From positions 12,752 to 76,751 of the forward strand of contig NZ_JAPNJX010000001.1 of the NCBI RefSeq assembly GCF_026626685.1: a stretch of 64,000 nucleotides of DNA, read 5' to 3'. The position numbers and the translations under genes are program-made. The stretch is from Nannocystis sp. SCPEA4 (GTDB taxonomy: Bacteria; Myxococcota_A; Polyangia; Nannocystales; Nannocystaceae). The notes beneath the pieces are model-generated. The model was not told the origin of the DNA. It searched no databases and worked only from the letters and a program-made list of their open reading frames with translations. Below are positions 21,512-33,552 of this stretch, piece by piece (within the stretch, counting starts at the first letter, position 1; each line of letters starts with the position of its first letter).

Positions 21512-21547
21512 GTCGCCAGGGCCCTGTCCCTGGCGACCTTTTTTAAA
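21512..21547. terminator. bidirectional rho-independent terminator hairpin (gtcgccaggg-ccctgt-ccctggcgac followed by CTTTTTTAAA)
   Basis: Perfect 10 bp stem plus a T-run. Lies between convergent genes ending at 21499 (+) and 21596 (-). Confidence 0.7.
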
Positions 21548-21595
21548 GGACATGCCCCGGGCGACATGCCCGAAAAGACATCCGCCCCGGGCGCC

Positions 21596-22399
21596 TCACG
21601 GCACCAGGTACGGCAGCCCCGGCGGCGGCGTGTAGCCCGGCAGGGCGCCGAGGGCCAGCACGGCGCGCAGCAGCTGGGTCGCCGCGAACATCGCCGCCGG
21701 CACCAGCGCGACCACGAAGCCGCGGATCGGCGGCAGCTGATGCGTCCCCGTGAGCGCGTTGCCGGCGACCACGAACGTCAGCAGCGTCAGCGCTGCCAGC
21801 CCGCCGAGGTAGACCTCGAGCGACAGGGCGCCGAGGTACAGCGGCACGTCGAGCAGCGCCACCCCGAGCAGCGCCGGCGCCAGCGCGTAGCCGACCGCCC
21901 GCATCGTCGCCGCGATCGAGCGCGGCGCCCCGCCCGTCAGCGTCAACGCGACGTGGGTGGCGATCCCCAGCCCCGCGTAGAGCAGCGGCACCCCGACCGG
22001 CGCCATGAGCAGCAACCACAGCGCCAGCGCCTCGACCAGGCTCGGCTCGAACAGCGGGATCCCCTGGCCGGCGGGGGCTGGCGGGCCCAGCACCGCCAGC
22101 GCCACCAGCAGCGGCGCCCACAACGGCAGTCGCACCGTCAGCAGCAGGCGCAGCGCCGCCCCGTGGTCGACCGGTTCGTGTACGTATTGAAAGCTGCGGC
22201 GCGGGCGGACCAGCAGGGCCGCCAGCGAGCGCCGCACTCGCCAGCCCCAGCCCGGCAGCGCCGCGGCCGAGCCGCCCTCGGCCTCGCGCGGCCACTCCAC
22301 CGGCAGTGCGCTCCACAGGGCCCCGGTGTCGGCCAGCAGCTCGCGACCTTTCGCGTCCTGGCGGACGCGCGCCGCGCTCGCAAATCCAGGCTCAGCCAT
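21596..22399 (-). CDS. Yip1-domain multi-pass membrane protein
   Basis: Five or more TM helices with a soluble N-terminus. Start chosen at MAEPGFA, since the longer upstream ORF extension looks like a GC artefact. Confidence 0.55.
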   Translation of the reverse strand: MAEPGFASAARVRQDAKGRELLADTGALWSALPVEWPREAEGGSAAALPGWGWRVRRSLAALLVRPRRSFQYVHEPVDHGAALRLLLTVRLPLWAPLLVALAVLGPPAPAGQGIPLFEPSLVEALALWLLLMAPVGVPLLYAGLGIATHVALTLTGGAPRSIAATMRAVGYALAPALLGVALLDVPLYLGALSLEVYLGGLAALTLLTFVVAGNALTGTHQLPPIRGFVVALVPAAMFAATQLLRAVLALGALPGYTPPPGLPYLVP

Positions 22400-22487
22400 T
22401 CGTGGCGAGAGTGTAACCGACTCCGGCCGGCGCGAACTCGCATCGGGCCCTTCCCGTAAGCCCGGGCTCGCGCGTAAGCTGACGGGC

Positions 22488-23150
22488 ATGTATCGCCTCC
22501 TCCTCGCTGCCGCGCTCGTGCTGCCCGCCGCGGGCTGTCGCAAGCGCGAGGTCGTCGCCGACATGGACTACGACGATCCGAAGGCGGCGATCGCCGCCAT
22601 GGAGAGCCAGGAGCGCGAGTCGTGGGAGATGCCCGACCGGATCGTCCGCAGCCTCCCGATCCCCGGCAAGGACGCCGTGATCGCCGACATCGGCGCCGGC
22701 GCCGGCTACTTCTCGCGTCGGCTCGCCGCCGAGGTCCCGGCCGGCACCGTCTACGCCGTCGACATCGACGACGAGTTCCGCTCGTACATCGAGAACAACC
22801 GCGAGGACTGGGGCACCCCCAACATCCAGCCGCACCTCGCCTTCTACGACGACCCGGCGCTGCCCGAGAAGTCGATCGACCTCGTGTTCGTCGCCAACAC
22901 CTACGCCTATCTGCGCGCCCGCGTGAACTACTTCAAGAAGGTTCACAACGCGCTCAAGCCGGGCGGCCGCCTCGTCATCGTCGACTTCCGGCCCGAGGCC
23001 ACCCCGCCGGAGAAGTTCGCCCCCGATCCGAAGTACCGCCTCTCGCGCGACGCCATCGTCGGCGAGCTCGCCCAGGCCGGCTTCGTCCTCGAGCGTGAGG
23101 AAGATTTCCTCCCGCACCAGTACTACTTGATCTTCGCCCGCAATCCCTAG
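22488..23150 (+). CDS. class I SAM-dependent methyltransferase lipoprotein
   Basis: Lipobox LVLPAAGC and SAM motif I VIADIGAGAGYFS with the acidic motif VYAVDID. Confidence 0.75.
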   Translation: MYRLLLAAALVLPAAGCRKREVVADMDYDDPKAAIAAMESQERESWEMPDRIVRSLPIPGKDAVIADIGAGAGYFSRRLAAEVPAGTVYAVDIDDEFRSYIENNREDWGTPNIQPHLAFYDDPALPEKSIDLVFVANTYAYLRARVNYFKKVHNALKPGGRLVIVDFRPEATPPEKFAPDPKYRLSRDAIVGELAQAGFVLEREEDFLPHQYYLIFARNP

Positions 23151-23152
23151 CC

Positions 23153-23974
23153 ATGCCCCCGTCGCGCCCGCCTCGTTTTCCCGGCCTCGTCGACACCCAC
23201 TGCCACCTCGACTACCCGCCGATGATCGACGATCTCGGCGCCACCCTTCAGCGGGCCGCCGACGCCGGCGTCGAGCAGATGATCCACATCGGTTGCTCGC
23301 GGGCCAGCGCCCCGCGGGCCGTCGCCCTCGTCGCCCCCTACCCGCACCTGTTCGCGGCCGTCGGCATCCACCCGCACGACGCCAGCGAGGCCGACGACGC
23401 CGCGCTCGCCGAGATCGCCGCCCTCGCCCGGGACGCCAAGGTCGTCGCCGTCGGCGAGACCGGCCTCGACTACCACTACAACCGCAGCCCGCCCGACGCG
23501 CAAAAGCGCGCCCTGGCCGCTCACCGCGAGATCGCCCGCGAACTCGGCAAGCCGCTGGTCCTGCACATCCGCGACGCCCACGCCGACGCTCTGGCGATCC
23601 TCGGCGACGCTCCCCCGCTGCCGCGCGGCGGCGTCGTCCACTGCTTCACCGGCACCCCCGCCGAGGCCGAGCAGTGGCTCGCACGCGGCTACCTCCTCTC
23701 CTTCTCCGGCATCGCCACCTTTCCTCAGGCCGGCGGCCTGCGCGACGCGGCTCGCCTGTGCCCCGCCGACCGGCTCCTGCTCGAGACCGACGCGCCCTAC
23801 CTCGCCCCCGTGCCCGTGCGCGGCCGCAAGAACGAGCCGGCCAACGTCGCCTTCACCTGCGCGCACCTCGCCGGCCTTCGCGGCGAGGATCCGCCCGCTC
23901 TGGCCGTCCAGGCCGGCACCAACGCCCGCGCCTTCTTCCGCCTGCCGGCCCCGGCCGCAGCCGCGAGCGCGTGA
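23153..23974 (+). CDS. tatD: TatD-family metal-dependent hydrolase/DNase
   Basis: VDTHCHLD, GIHPHD, GETGLDYHY, LVLHIRDA and ETDAPYL motifs. Confidence 0.9.
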   Translation: MPPSRPPRFPGLVDTHCHLDYPPMIDDLGATLQRAADAGVEQMIHIGCSRASAPRAVALVAPYPHLFAAVGIHPHDASEADDAALAEIAALARDAKVVAVGETGLDYHYNRSPPDAQKRALAAHREIARELGKPLVLHIRDAHADALAILGDAPPLPRGGVVHCFTGTPAEAEQWLARGYLLSFSGIATFPQAGGLRDAARLCPADRLLLETDAPYLAPVPVRGRKNEPANVAFTCAHLAGLRGEDPPALAVQAGTNARAFFRLPAPAAAASA

Positions 23975-24149
23975 GGCAAATCCGCCGCCCAGCCGGCCCG
24001 CCTCGGCCCTGTGGTTGACGCCCGGCGCGATCGCGGGCACCTTCCCCGTCCCCTGCGGCGCCTCGCTCTTCGCCCGTTCCAACGTGAAGGAAGCCGCGAC
24101 CGCCAGGAACCACCTCACGGCCCTTCGGGCCTGAGTCTCTCGGAGAAAC

Positions 24150-24821
<672 letters not shown>

Positions 24822-24894
24822 AGGCCCTGTCCTTCGGGACATGTCCCCAAGTTCGAGCCGGCCGAGCGCCGGCTCGGCTGCTTAAGAGACCGTC

Positions 24895-25515
24895 ATGCCT
24901 CGCCCCCGCCTCAGCGACAAGGCCACCCGCCACGACGCCGCCTACCAGCGCGCCAAGCAGGAGAACTACGCCGCGCGCGCGGTCTACAAGCTCGAGGAGA
25001 TCGACAAGCGGTTCCACATCCTGCGCCAGGGCGCGCGTGTGCTCGACCTCGGCTGCTGGCCCGGCTCGTGGATGCAGTACACCGGCGACCGCGTGACCGA
25101 GACCGGCTACGTCCTCGGCCTCGACCTCAAGCCCGTCGCCCTCAGCTTCCCCGCCCACGTCGAGCACCGGATCGCCGACGTGTTCGAGTGGGCCCCCGCG
25201 CCCGACCTCGCCCCGTTCGACGTCGTCCTCAGCGACATGGCCCCGCACACCACCGGCGACCGCCACACCGACGTCGTCCGCAGCGAGGGCCTCGCCGAGC
25301 GCGCCCTCGACATCGCCTGCATGGTCCTTCGGCCAGGCGGCCACCTCGTCGCCAAGGTGTTCCAGGGCGGCGGCTTCGGCGAGCTGCTCAAGCGCTTCCG
25401 GGCCAGCTTCCAGGAAGCCCGCCCGTACCACGCCAAGAACTCGCGCGCCTCGAGCACCGAGCAGTACCTCGTCGGCCGCGGCCTCAAGGCCAGCGCCACC
25501 GCCCGCCGGCCCTGA
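24895..25515 (+). CDS. rlmE: 23S rRNA (uridine2552-2'-O)-methyltransferase RlmE/FtsJ
   Basis: RAAYKLEEIDKRF, VLDLGCWPGSW, DVVLSDMAP and KVFQGGGF motifs. Confidence 0.9.
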   Translation: MPRPRLSDKATRHDAAYQRAKQENYAARAVYKLEEIDKRFHILRQGARVLDLGCWPGSWMQYTGDRVTETGYVLGLDLKPVALSFPAHVEHRIADVFEWAPAPDLAPFDVVLSDMAPHTTGDRHTDVVRSEGLAERALDIACMVLRPGGHLVAKVFQGGGFGELLKRFRASFQEARPYHAKNSRASSTEQYLVGRGLKASATARRP

Positions 25516-25659
25516 GCCCGCGAGACGACGCGGCGGACGAGCGCTCCGCCCGCCGCGTGTCCCCCACCGGCTTCGTCTGTCCTTTCGGCCACCGGATCGG
25601 TCGACGACCGAGCGACACCGACCTGTCCTCCTGATCCGCGCCGTTCGACGTCGAGCCCG

Positions 25660-25840
25660 CCGGCCCGCTGTTCGCTGTCCTTGCGACCAGCCGCCGCCTC
25701 GACGACGAGCGCGCCGAGCCGGCGTCAGCTGTCCTTGCGACCAGCCACCAGCTCGACGACGAGCGGACCAAACGGCGTCAGCTGTCCTTTCGACCAGCCG
25801 CCTCGACCGACGAGCGCGGCCATCTGTCGCCTTTGCGACC
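25660..25840. repeat. three tandem copies of a ~54 bp direct repeat (ctgtccttgcgaccagccgccgcctcgacgacgagcgcgccgagccggcgtcag)
   Basis: Read directly from the sequence. Lies in a ~1.2 kb stretch with no convincing ORF between rlmE and typA. Confidence 0.8.
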
Positions 25841-26736
25841 CCGCCTTCGCGACCCGACCCGGAACGCCTGGCAGCACCCCCAGCCACGCCCGCCCCACCG
25901 GCCGCTCGTCGGGGCGCAGGCGAACGGCCGTCTGAACGCTATACGCGTTCTTGCTCCCTCTCTCATTTTCCCGCTCGAACCACGCCAGCGCGATTTCGCC
26001 CCTGCCTCGAAGGCGCAGGCCGCTCGCCGCGCGAAAATGCCAGCTCTGCGAAGGCAGGCGCCAGCCTCGCCCGTGACGCGATCTCCCTGTCCTGAAGGCC
26101 AGCTCCGCGCGCTGCCGCTCGCCGCTTTTCCCGCCGTTTCGCGCGCGTCTCCGCCCCGGCCGTGAAACGGCCCCCGGGCCGCTATGGCGGCCAATTCGCC
26201 GCTCGGCGCAGTTTTGCGCCGCGCGATTTGGTTGGTCCACTCCTGATCAAGAGTTCAGGGCAGCATGGGTGATCACTGGACACTGATTATGTGTTCAGTG
26301 CAGATCCCAACCCATGCAACGCCGTCGCCGACTGCGGATCACACCCACTCCGATCCGTGAAATCCCCGCTCCGGACGACCCCGGTCTGCCGGACGTGGCG
26401 CCGCGGCCGGAGCCCGAGCCGCGGGCGCCGCCGGAGCCGGAGCCCGAGGGCCCGGATCTGCCCGCCCCGGTGCCGCCGCGCGATCCCCGAGATTGTCTCG
26501 GCGCGACCTGGAGCGAGGCGCACCTGTGGGCCGCGATTCGCGCACAACTCGACGCGGATCGCCGGCGGAAGGCCGCTTTCCTGGCCGCGCGCCGCCCGAG
26601 CCGGCCCGTCTTCGTCTCCGACTCGCTCCTGTGACCGTCCTGGCACCAGCGCGAACGCCCGTGCCGCTCACATCGGCCCGACTTGCCAGCGCATCGCCGC
26701 CGGGTTTACTTCCCGCCGCCGCCCAAAACGGCGTCT

Positions 26737-28599
<1,863 letters not shown>

Positions 28600-28719
28600 C
28601 CGCATTCGTCGCGCCTCGCCGCGACTCTCGTGACCAACTCCCGCGCGCGACGAGCCCCAGCTCGCCGCGCGCGGCCGTTTTTGTTCGCGGCGCGCCCGTC
28701 GTACGCTGCATCGCCTGCT

Positions 28720-28990
28720 CACGCCGGTTCGTCGGCGCGGCGCACGGCCGGCTCGGCGCCAGCTCGCCTGCGGCTCCAGCCGCTTTGCGGCGCCGCTTCT
28801 TCGCCCCGGTACGCTGCAGCGCCACGTCCTGTGCCGCGACACCGTAAAGCGGCTCGCCCACTGCTCCAGCCGCCTCGCCCCACCGCATGCCTGGTGCGCT
28901 GCAGCGCCCCGGCCGATGCCGCTGCGGCGCACTGCCGGCTCGCCTGCGGCTCCAGCCGCCTCGCCCCACCGCATGCTCGCACCGTGCGCG
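28720..28990. repeat. degenerate ~65 bp direct repeats (gctcgcctgcggctccagccgcctcgccccaccgcatgc...ggtgcgctgcagcgcc), 3-4 copies
   Basis: Read directly. On the minus strand they produce repeated MRWGEAAGA(V/A)GEP pseudo-ORF translations. Located between typA and the downstream lipoprotein gene. Confidence 0.75.
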
Positions 28991-29075
28991 ACAGCGCCAC
29001 GTCCGACGCCGGAGAGCGCTCCTCCGGCCGACCCAGCCCCGCACCTCGCGCCGCCGGGTGTATCGTCGTGTGCGG

Positions 29076-30425
29076 ATGTTCGTCCCGCGCACTCTCGCCG
29101 TCGCTCGCGGCCTTCTCCTCCTCCTGCCGCTCCTCGGCGCCTGCCGCCCCGCCCGCGAGACCGTCCCCCCGGCCGAGACCCCCGGGCCCGCGAGCGACCT
29201 GCAGCGCGCCTACGACCTCCCGCGCACCGACGTCGCCTGGACCGCCCGCGACTACATCAAGGCCCGCGACGTCCTCGTTCGCCTCGAGCGCGAGCGCCCC
29301 GAATTGCTCCCGCGGCTCGACGGTCCCGACGCCGCGCTCATGGCCCGGCTCACCGGGCTCGCCGACATCGAGGCCGCCGCGGGCGGCGTGGCCGACACCG
29401 ACGAGCTGCTCGCCTTCAGCCAGGCCGGCGCCGACATCCTCCACATCTACAGCGCCCGCGCGCTGACCCGCGGCGAGTACGGCCGCGAGTACGTCGCCGT
29501 CGCCGTCGCCTACTTCAAGCTCGGCGTCCTCCAGTTCGAGGCCATCCTCGCCGCCGAGAAGCTCGACGAGGCCGCCCTGCGGGCCAACGACGTGCGCCGC
29601 GAAGCCTTCGTCGAGGTGCGCTTCCAGCTCGCGCGCGGCGTCCACGACGTCCTCGCCAGCGCGCTCGCCCTGCCCCGCGTCATCGACCCGGCATACACGG
29701 CAGCCACCCTCACCCCGATCGCCGCCGACGTCGCCCCGTGGTTTCTCCCCGAGGAGCGCGACCGGATCCTCGACCTCGCCGATCGCCTCGCCGCTGCCGG
29801 TGTCCCCGACCCAGACCTCGCCACCTTGCGCACCGCCTTCGCCCCCGATCGCGAGGCCCACCCGATCGTCGACGCCTTCGCCGAGGAGCACCGCGAGTTC
29901 CTCGACAAGAAAGAGGCCCTGTTCGCCGCCGTCGCGGCCGGCGACCTCGCGCCGGTCGACCTCGGCCGCGAGGGCGAGTGGACGCGCTGGGCCTTCCCCG
30001 AGGCCGGCTTCTCGGCCGCCTTCCCGCTCAAGCCGAACGCGCAGAAGCAGAGCCACACCGCGACCGACGGCGTGGCGATGACGACCCGCATGCTCGGGTT
30101 GAAGCAGGCCGGACGGATCTCGCGGCTCGCCAGCTGCATCACCCGCGCGCAGCCGATCGCCGGCCGCACCCGCGACGACGACGTCAAGAGCATCGCCGCG
30201 ATGATGCACCTCGAGAGGCTGCGCCCGATCACCGTCGAGGGCGCGGCTGGCCTCGAGGGCAGCCTCACCACCGACACCGCCCACGGCCTCATCCGCGTCG
30301 TCGGCCTGTCCGACAGAACCTCCTGCATCGTCAGCATCGACGTCCCCAGGGAGCTCGCGCGCGAGCTCGAGGGCGAGATGCGGCGCTTCGTCGACTCCTT
30401 CCGCCCCGCCGGCTTCCGCGATTGA
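29076..30425 (+). CDS. hypothetical lipoprotein
   Basis: Lipobox LLLPLLGAC. 449 aa, helical, no recognised catalytic motifs. Confidence 0.55.
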   Translation: MFVPRTLAVARGLLLLLPLLGACRPARETVPPAETPGPASDLQRAYDLPRTDVAWTARDYIKARDVLVRLERERPELLPRLDGPDAALMARLTGLADIEAAAGGVADTDELLAFSQAGADILHIYSARALTRGEYGREYVAVAVAYFKLGVLQFEAILAAEKLDEAALRANDVRREAFVEVRFQLARGVHDVLASALALPRVIDPAYTAATLTPIAADVAPWFLPEERDRILDLADRLAAAGVPDPDLATLRTAFAPDREAHPIVDAFAEEHREFLDKKEALFAAVAAGDLAPVDLGREGEWTRWAFPEAGFSAAFPLKPNAQKQSHTATDGVAMTTRMLGLKQAGRISRLASCITRAQPIAGRTRDDDVKSIAAMMHLERLRPITVEGAAGLEGSLTTDTAHGLIRVVGLSDRTSCIVSIDVPRELARELEGEMRRFVDSFRPAGFRD

Positions 30426-30461
30426 GCCACCGCGCAACACGCGCGCAATGTCGATTTAATT

Positions 30462-30477
30462 TTGACAGCTCAGTCAA
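30462..30477. promoter_or_regulatory. palindromic operator candidate TTGACAGCTCAGTCAA upstream of tetR-family gene (also contains a -35-like TTGACA)
   Basis: Perfect 5-6-5 inverted repeat in an AT-enriched spacer, about 20 bp upstream of the TetR start. Confidence 0.5.
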
Positions 30478-30496
30478 GAACGCTTAGGTTCTAGTC

Positions 30497-31099
30497 GTGC
30501 CCCGCCCACGCGAGTTCGATCGAGACGAGGCGGTGGAGCGCGCCATGGCCGTGTTCTGGGAGCACGGCTACGAGGCCACCTCCACCGAGCAGCTGCTGCA
30601 GGCCATGGGCATCGGCCGCCAGAGCATGTACGCCGCCTTCGGCGACAAGCACGGTCTCTACCTCGCCGCGCTCGAGCGCTATCAGGCGCGCCAGGCAGCC
30701 GCCCTGCTCGAGCGGCTGCGGGCCGTCGCCTCGCCGCTCGCCGCGATCGAGGACATCCTGCTGGGCGTCGCCGGCGAGGCCCCGGAGGCCCGCGCGCGCG
30801 GCTGTATGGGCATCCAGTCGATCGTCGAGCTGGCCCAGCGCGACCCCGACGTCGTCCTGCTGGCGCGCAGCGCCACCGCCCTGTGCGAGGCCGCCTTCGA
30901 GCGCATGGTCGCCGAGGCCAAGTGCCGCGGCGAGCTCGGGCCCCACGTCGACGAGCGCAGCGCCGGCCGCTTCCTCCTCACCACCCTGCAGGGCCTGCGG
31001 ATCAGCGCCCGCACGGGCGCCACCCCCGAGGCCTTGCGCGCCGTCGCCGGCTTCGCCGTGGCCGCCCTCAAGGCCCCGCCCCCGGCTCCAAGTTCTTGA
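30497..31099 (+). CDS. TetR/AcrR-family transcriptional regulator
   Basis: N-terminal HTH YEATSTEQLLQAMGIGRQSMYAAFGDKHGLY. Confidence 0.85.
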   Translation: MPRPREFDRDEAVERAMAVFWEHGYEATSTEQLLQAMGIGRQSMYAAFGDKHGLYLAALERYQARQAAALLERLRAVASPLAAIEDILLGVAGEAPEARARGCMGIQSIVELAQRDPDVVLLARSATALCEAAFERMVAEAKCRGELGPHVDERSAGRFLLTTLQGLRISARTGATPEALRAVAGFAVAALKAPPPAPSS

Positions 31100-31177
31100 C
31101 TGCATAGTCCACAACCAGTGTCACCTTCGCCGTGAAGGCCCGCGCATCGGCGGTCCTTCACCATCAGGAGTGTTGTC

Positions 31178-32263
31178 ATGTCTCTCGATCAGTACTACCT
31201 GCTCGGTCGTTCGGGTTTGCGCGTCAGTCCGTTCGCGCTCGGCACCATGACCTTCGGCACCGACGGCCCGTACGGCACGTGGGGCTCGAGCAAGCAGACC
31301 GCGCGCGCCGTGTTCGACCGCTACCTCGCCGCCGGCGGCAACTTCATCGACACCGCCGACCTCTACACCCGCGGCACCAGCGAGTCGATGCTCGGCGAGT
31401 TCATCGCCGACGTCGACCGCGACCGCCTCGTGCTCACCACCAAGTACAGCTACAACCTGAGCGGCGGCGATCCGAACGCCGGCGGCAACGGGCGCAAGAA
31501 CATGATCCGCGCGCTCGAGGCCTCGCTGCGGCGGCTCAGGACCGACTACGTCGACCTCTACCTGCTGCACACCTGGGATCGGATCACCCCCGCCGAGGAG
31601 GTCGTACGCGCCTTCGACGACCTCGTGCGCGCCGGCAAGATCCGCCACGCCGGCCTCTCCGACGTCCCCGCGTGGTACGCCGCGCGCGCGCAGACCTGGG
31701 CCGAGGCGCACGCGCTCACCCCGATCGTCAACCTGCAGCTGCAGTACTCGCTGGTCGAGCGCGGCATCGAGGCCGAGTTCAGCTCGCTGGCCACGGGCCT
31801 CGGCATGGGCATCACCGCCTGGAGTCCGCTCGCCGGCGGCCTGCTCTCCGGCAAGTACCGTCCCTCCGGCGAGGGCAGCGGCGGGCGGCTCGATACCGAG
31901 ATGGGCCGGGCGCTCGGCGTCCTCACCGAACGCAACTGGAACATCGTCGCCGCGCTCGACGGAGTCGCCCGCGAGCTCGGCCGCAGCATGGCCCAGGTCG
32001 CGCTGCAGTGGGTACTTTCGCGTCCGGGTGTCACTTCGGTGATCCTCGGCGCCACCCGGCCGGAGCAGCTCGAGGACAACCTCGCCGCCCTCGAATTCAG
32101 CCTGCCGCCCGAGCTGCAGCGCCGCCTCGACGAGGCCAGCGCGCCGCCTGCCACGACCCCCTACACGATGTTCAGCGACGGCTATCAGCCGATGGTGCAC
32201 GGCGCCGCCGTCAGCGATCGCCACCCGACCCACGCCCCGCCGATCCGCGTGGCCGCCCGCTGA
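31178..32263 (+). CDS. aldo/keto reductase family oxidoreductase
   Basis: GTMTFG, DTADLY, LVLTTK, DLYLLH and GLSD motifs. Confidence 0.9.
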   Translation: MSLDQYYLLGRSGLRVSPFALGTMTFGTDGPYGTWGSSKQTARAVFDRYLAAGGNFIDTADLYTRGTSESMLGEFIADVDRDRLVLTTKYSYNLSGGDPNAGGNGRKNMIRALEASLRRLRTDYVDLYLLHTWDRITPAEEVVRAFDDLVRAGKIRHAGLSDVPAWYAARAQTWAEAHALTPIVNLQLQYSLVERGIEAEFSSLATGLGMGITAWSPLAGGLLSGKYRPSGEGSGGRLDTEMGRALGVLTERNWNIVAALDGVARELGRSMAQVALQWVLSRPGVTSVILGATRPEQLEDNLAALEFSLPPELQRRLDEASAPPATTPYTMFSDGYQPMVHGAAVSDRHPTHAPPIRVAAR

Positions 32264-32288
32264 ACCTCGCGCGGAATCGGCCCGCGAC

Positions 32289-32807
32289 GTGGTACCTCTG
32301 CGGGGCATGGGATTCTTCGACAAGGCCAAGCAGTTCCTCGGCGGCAAGAACATGGCGAGCGTCGCCATCACCGTCATCGAGCGTCAACCGGCGGAGACCG
32401 CCACCTTTCCGGTCACCGACTCGGTGCTCAAGGGCACGATGGTGATCACGGCTCAGCAGGACTGCACCCTGCTGGCGACCAAGTACGAGGTGTGGCTGTA
32501 CATCAAGAAGGACGACGTCGAGTCGCCGTTCCTCGCCGTCGCCGAGAAGGATCCCGATCCCAACGTCAGCTACTCGGACAGCTGCCTCAAGATGCCGTGC
32601 GACCTCAAGCCCGGGCAGGTCATCACCCAGCCGTGGATGGTGAGCGACCTCGACCTCGCCGGCATCCTCGCGCGCAACGGCTTCCCCGATCCCAACGCCG
32701 CGACCCGTGACTCGCGAGTGCGGCTCGTCGTCAAATGCATCGCCGACGTCAAGGGCTCGCCGTTCGATCCGAGCGCAGAGGTCACCGTCCGCCTCGCGCC
32801 GACCTGA
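32289..32807 (+). CDS. hypothetical protein
   Basis: 172 aa soluble protein. Start possibly at MGFFDKAKQF (32307). Confidence 0.4.
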   Translation: MVPLRGMGFFDKAKQFLGGKNMASVAITVIERQPAETATFPVTDSVLKGTMVITAQQDCTLLATKYEVWLYIKKDDVESPFLAVAEKDPDPNVSYSDSCLKMPCDLKPGQVITQPWMVSDLDLAGILARNGFPDPNAATRDSRVRLVVKCIADVKGSPFDPSAEVTVRLAPT

Positions 32808-32875
32808 ATCGCGCCTGCTGTCCACGGGGTCGCGCGCGCCCCTGCGCGCGTCCCCGTGGCACATTCGCCGGCACG

Positions 32876-33499
32876 ATGAACATCGACCTCTCGAAGTTTT
32901 TGACCGTGGCCGCGCTGATGAGCCAGGGCCTCGGCACAGCCGCCTGCACGATCAATCTCGGCAACGGCCTGACCGACACCAACATCGGCCCCGAAACCTC
33001 GACCACGAGCACGACCGGCACCTCCGACGATACGACCACCACCGACGGCGGGACCGAGGGCACCGCCACCGGCACGGACTCGAGCGTGCCGACCACCACC
33101 GAGGCGCCGACCAGCACCACCGAGGCGACCGCCGGCACCGCCACCGACGCCACTGGCGGCACCGCCACCGACGCCACCACCGGCGAGGGCTTCGTCTGCA
33201 GCGACGGCACCGCGCTCGAGAACCCCGCCTGGGTCTGCGACGAGAACCCGGACTGCCCCGACGGCTCCGACGAGGTCACCGGCTGCGGCCTCGAGGCCTT
33301 CACCTGCAGCGGTGACAAGAAGGAGATCCCCGCGACCTGGGCCTGCGACGAGGTCCCCGACTGCCTGGACAACTCCGACGAGGTCACCGGCTGCGGCCAG
33401 GAGGCCTTCACCTGCGCCGACGGCATCGAGATCCCGGCGGCGTGGAAGTGCGACACGGCTCAGGACTGCGCCGACGGCTCCGACGAGGCCGACTGCTGA
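32876..33499 (+). CDS. lipoprotein with Thr-rich linker and three LDL-receptor class A-like cysteine modules
   Basis: Lipobox-like AACT followed by a TSTTSTTGTSDDTTTT linker. Three CxxxxxCxDGSDE modules: CDENPDCPDGSDE, CDEVPDCLDNSDE, CDTAQDCADGSDE. Confidence 0.65.
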   Translation: MNIDLSKFLTVAALMSQGLGTAACTINLGNGLTDTNIGPETSTTSTTGTSDDTTTTDGGTEGTATGTDSSVPTTTEAPTSTTEATAGTATDATGGTATDATTGEGFVCSDGTALENPAWVCDENPDCPDGSDEVTGCGLEAFTCSGDKKEIPATWACDEVPDCLDNSDEVTGCGQEAFTCADGIEIPAAWKCDTAQDCADGSDEADC

Positions 33500-33547
33500 G
33501 TTGCATTCAAGGACATGTCCTTCACGACATGTCCTGAAAGACCTCAG
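33493..33547. repeat. GGACATGTCC-family units between convergent genes
   Basis: ttgcattcaaggacatgtccttcacgacatgtcctgaaagacctcag. Confidence 0.75.
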
Positions 33548-33552
33548 CGCCG

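Noticed and set aside
25660-25840. Considered an IS element or transposon terminal repeats for the 54-bp tandem repeats
   Set aside because: They are direct tandem copies rather than inverted terminal repeats. No transposase-like ORF is nearby.
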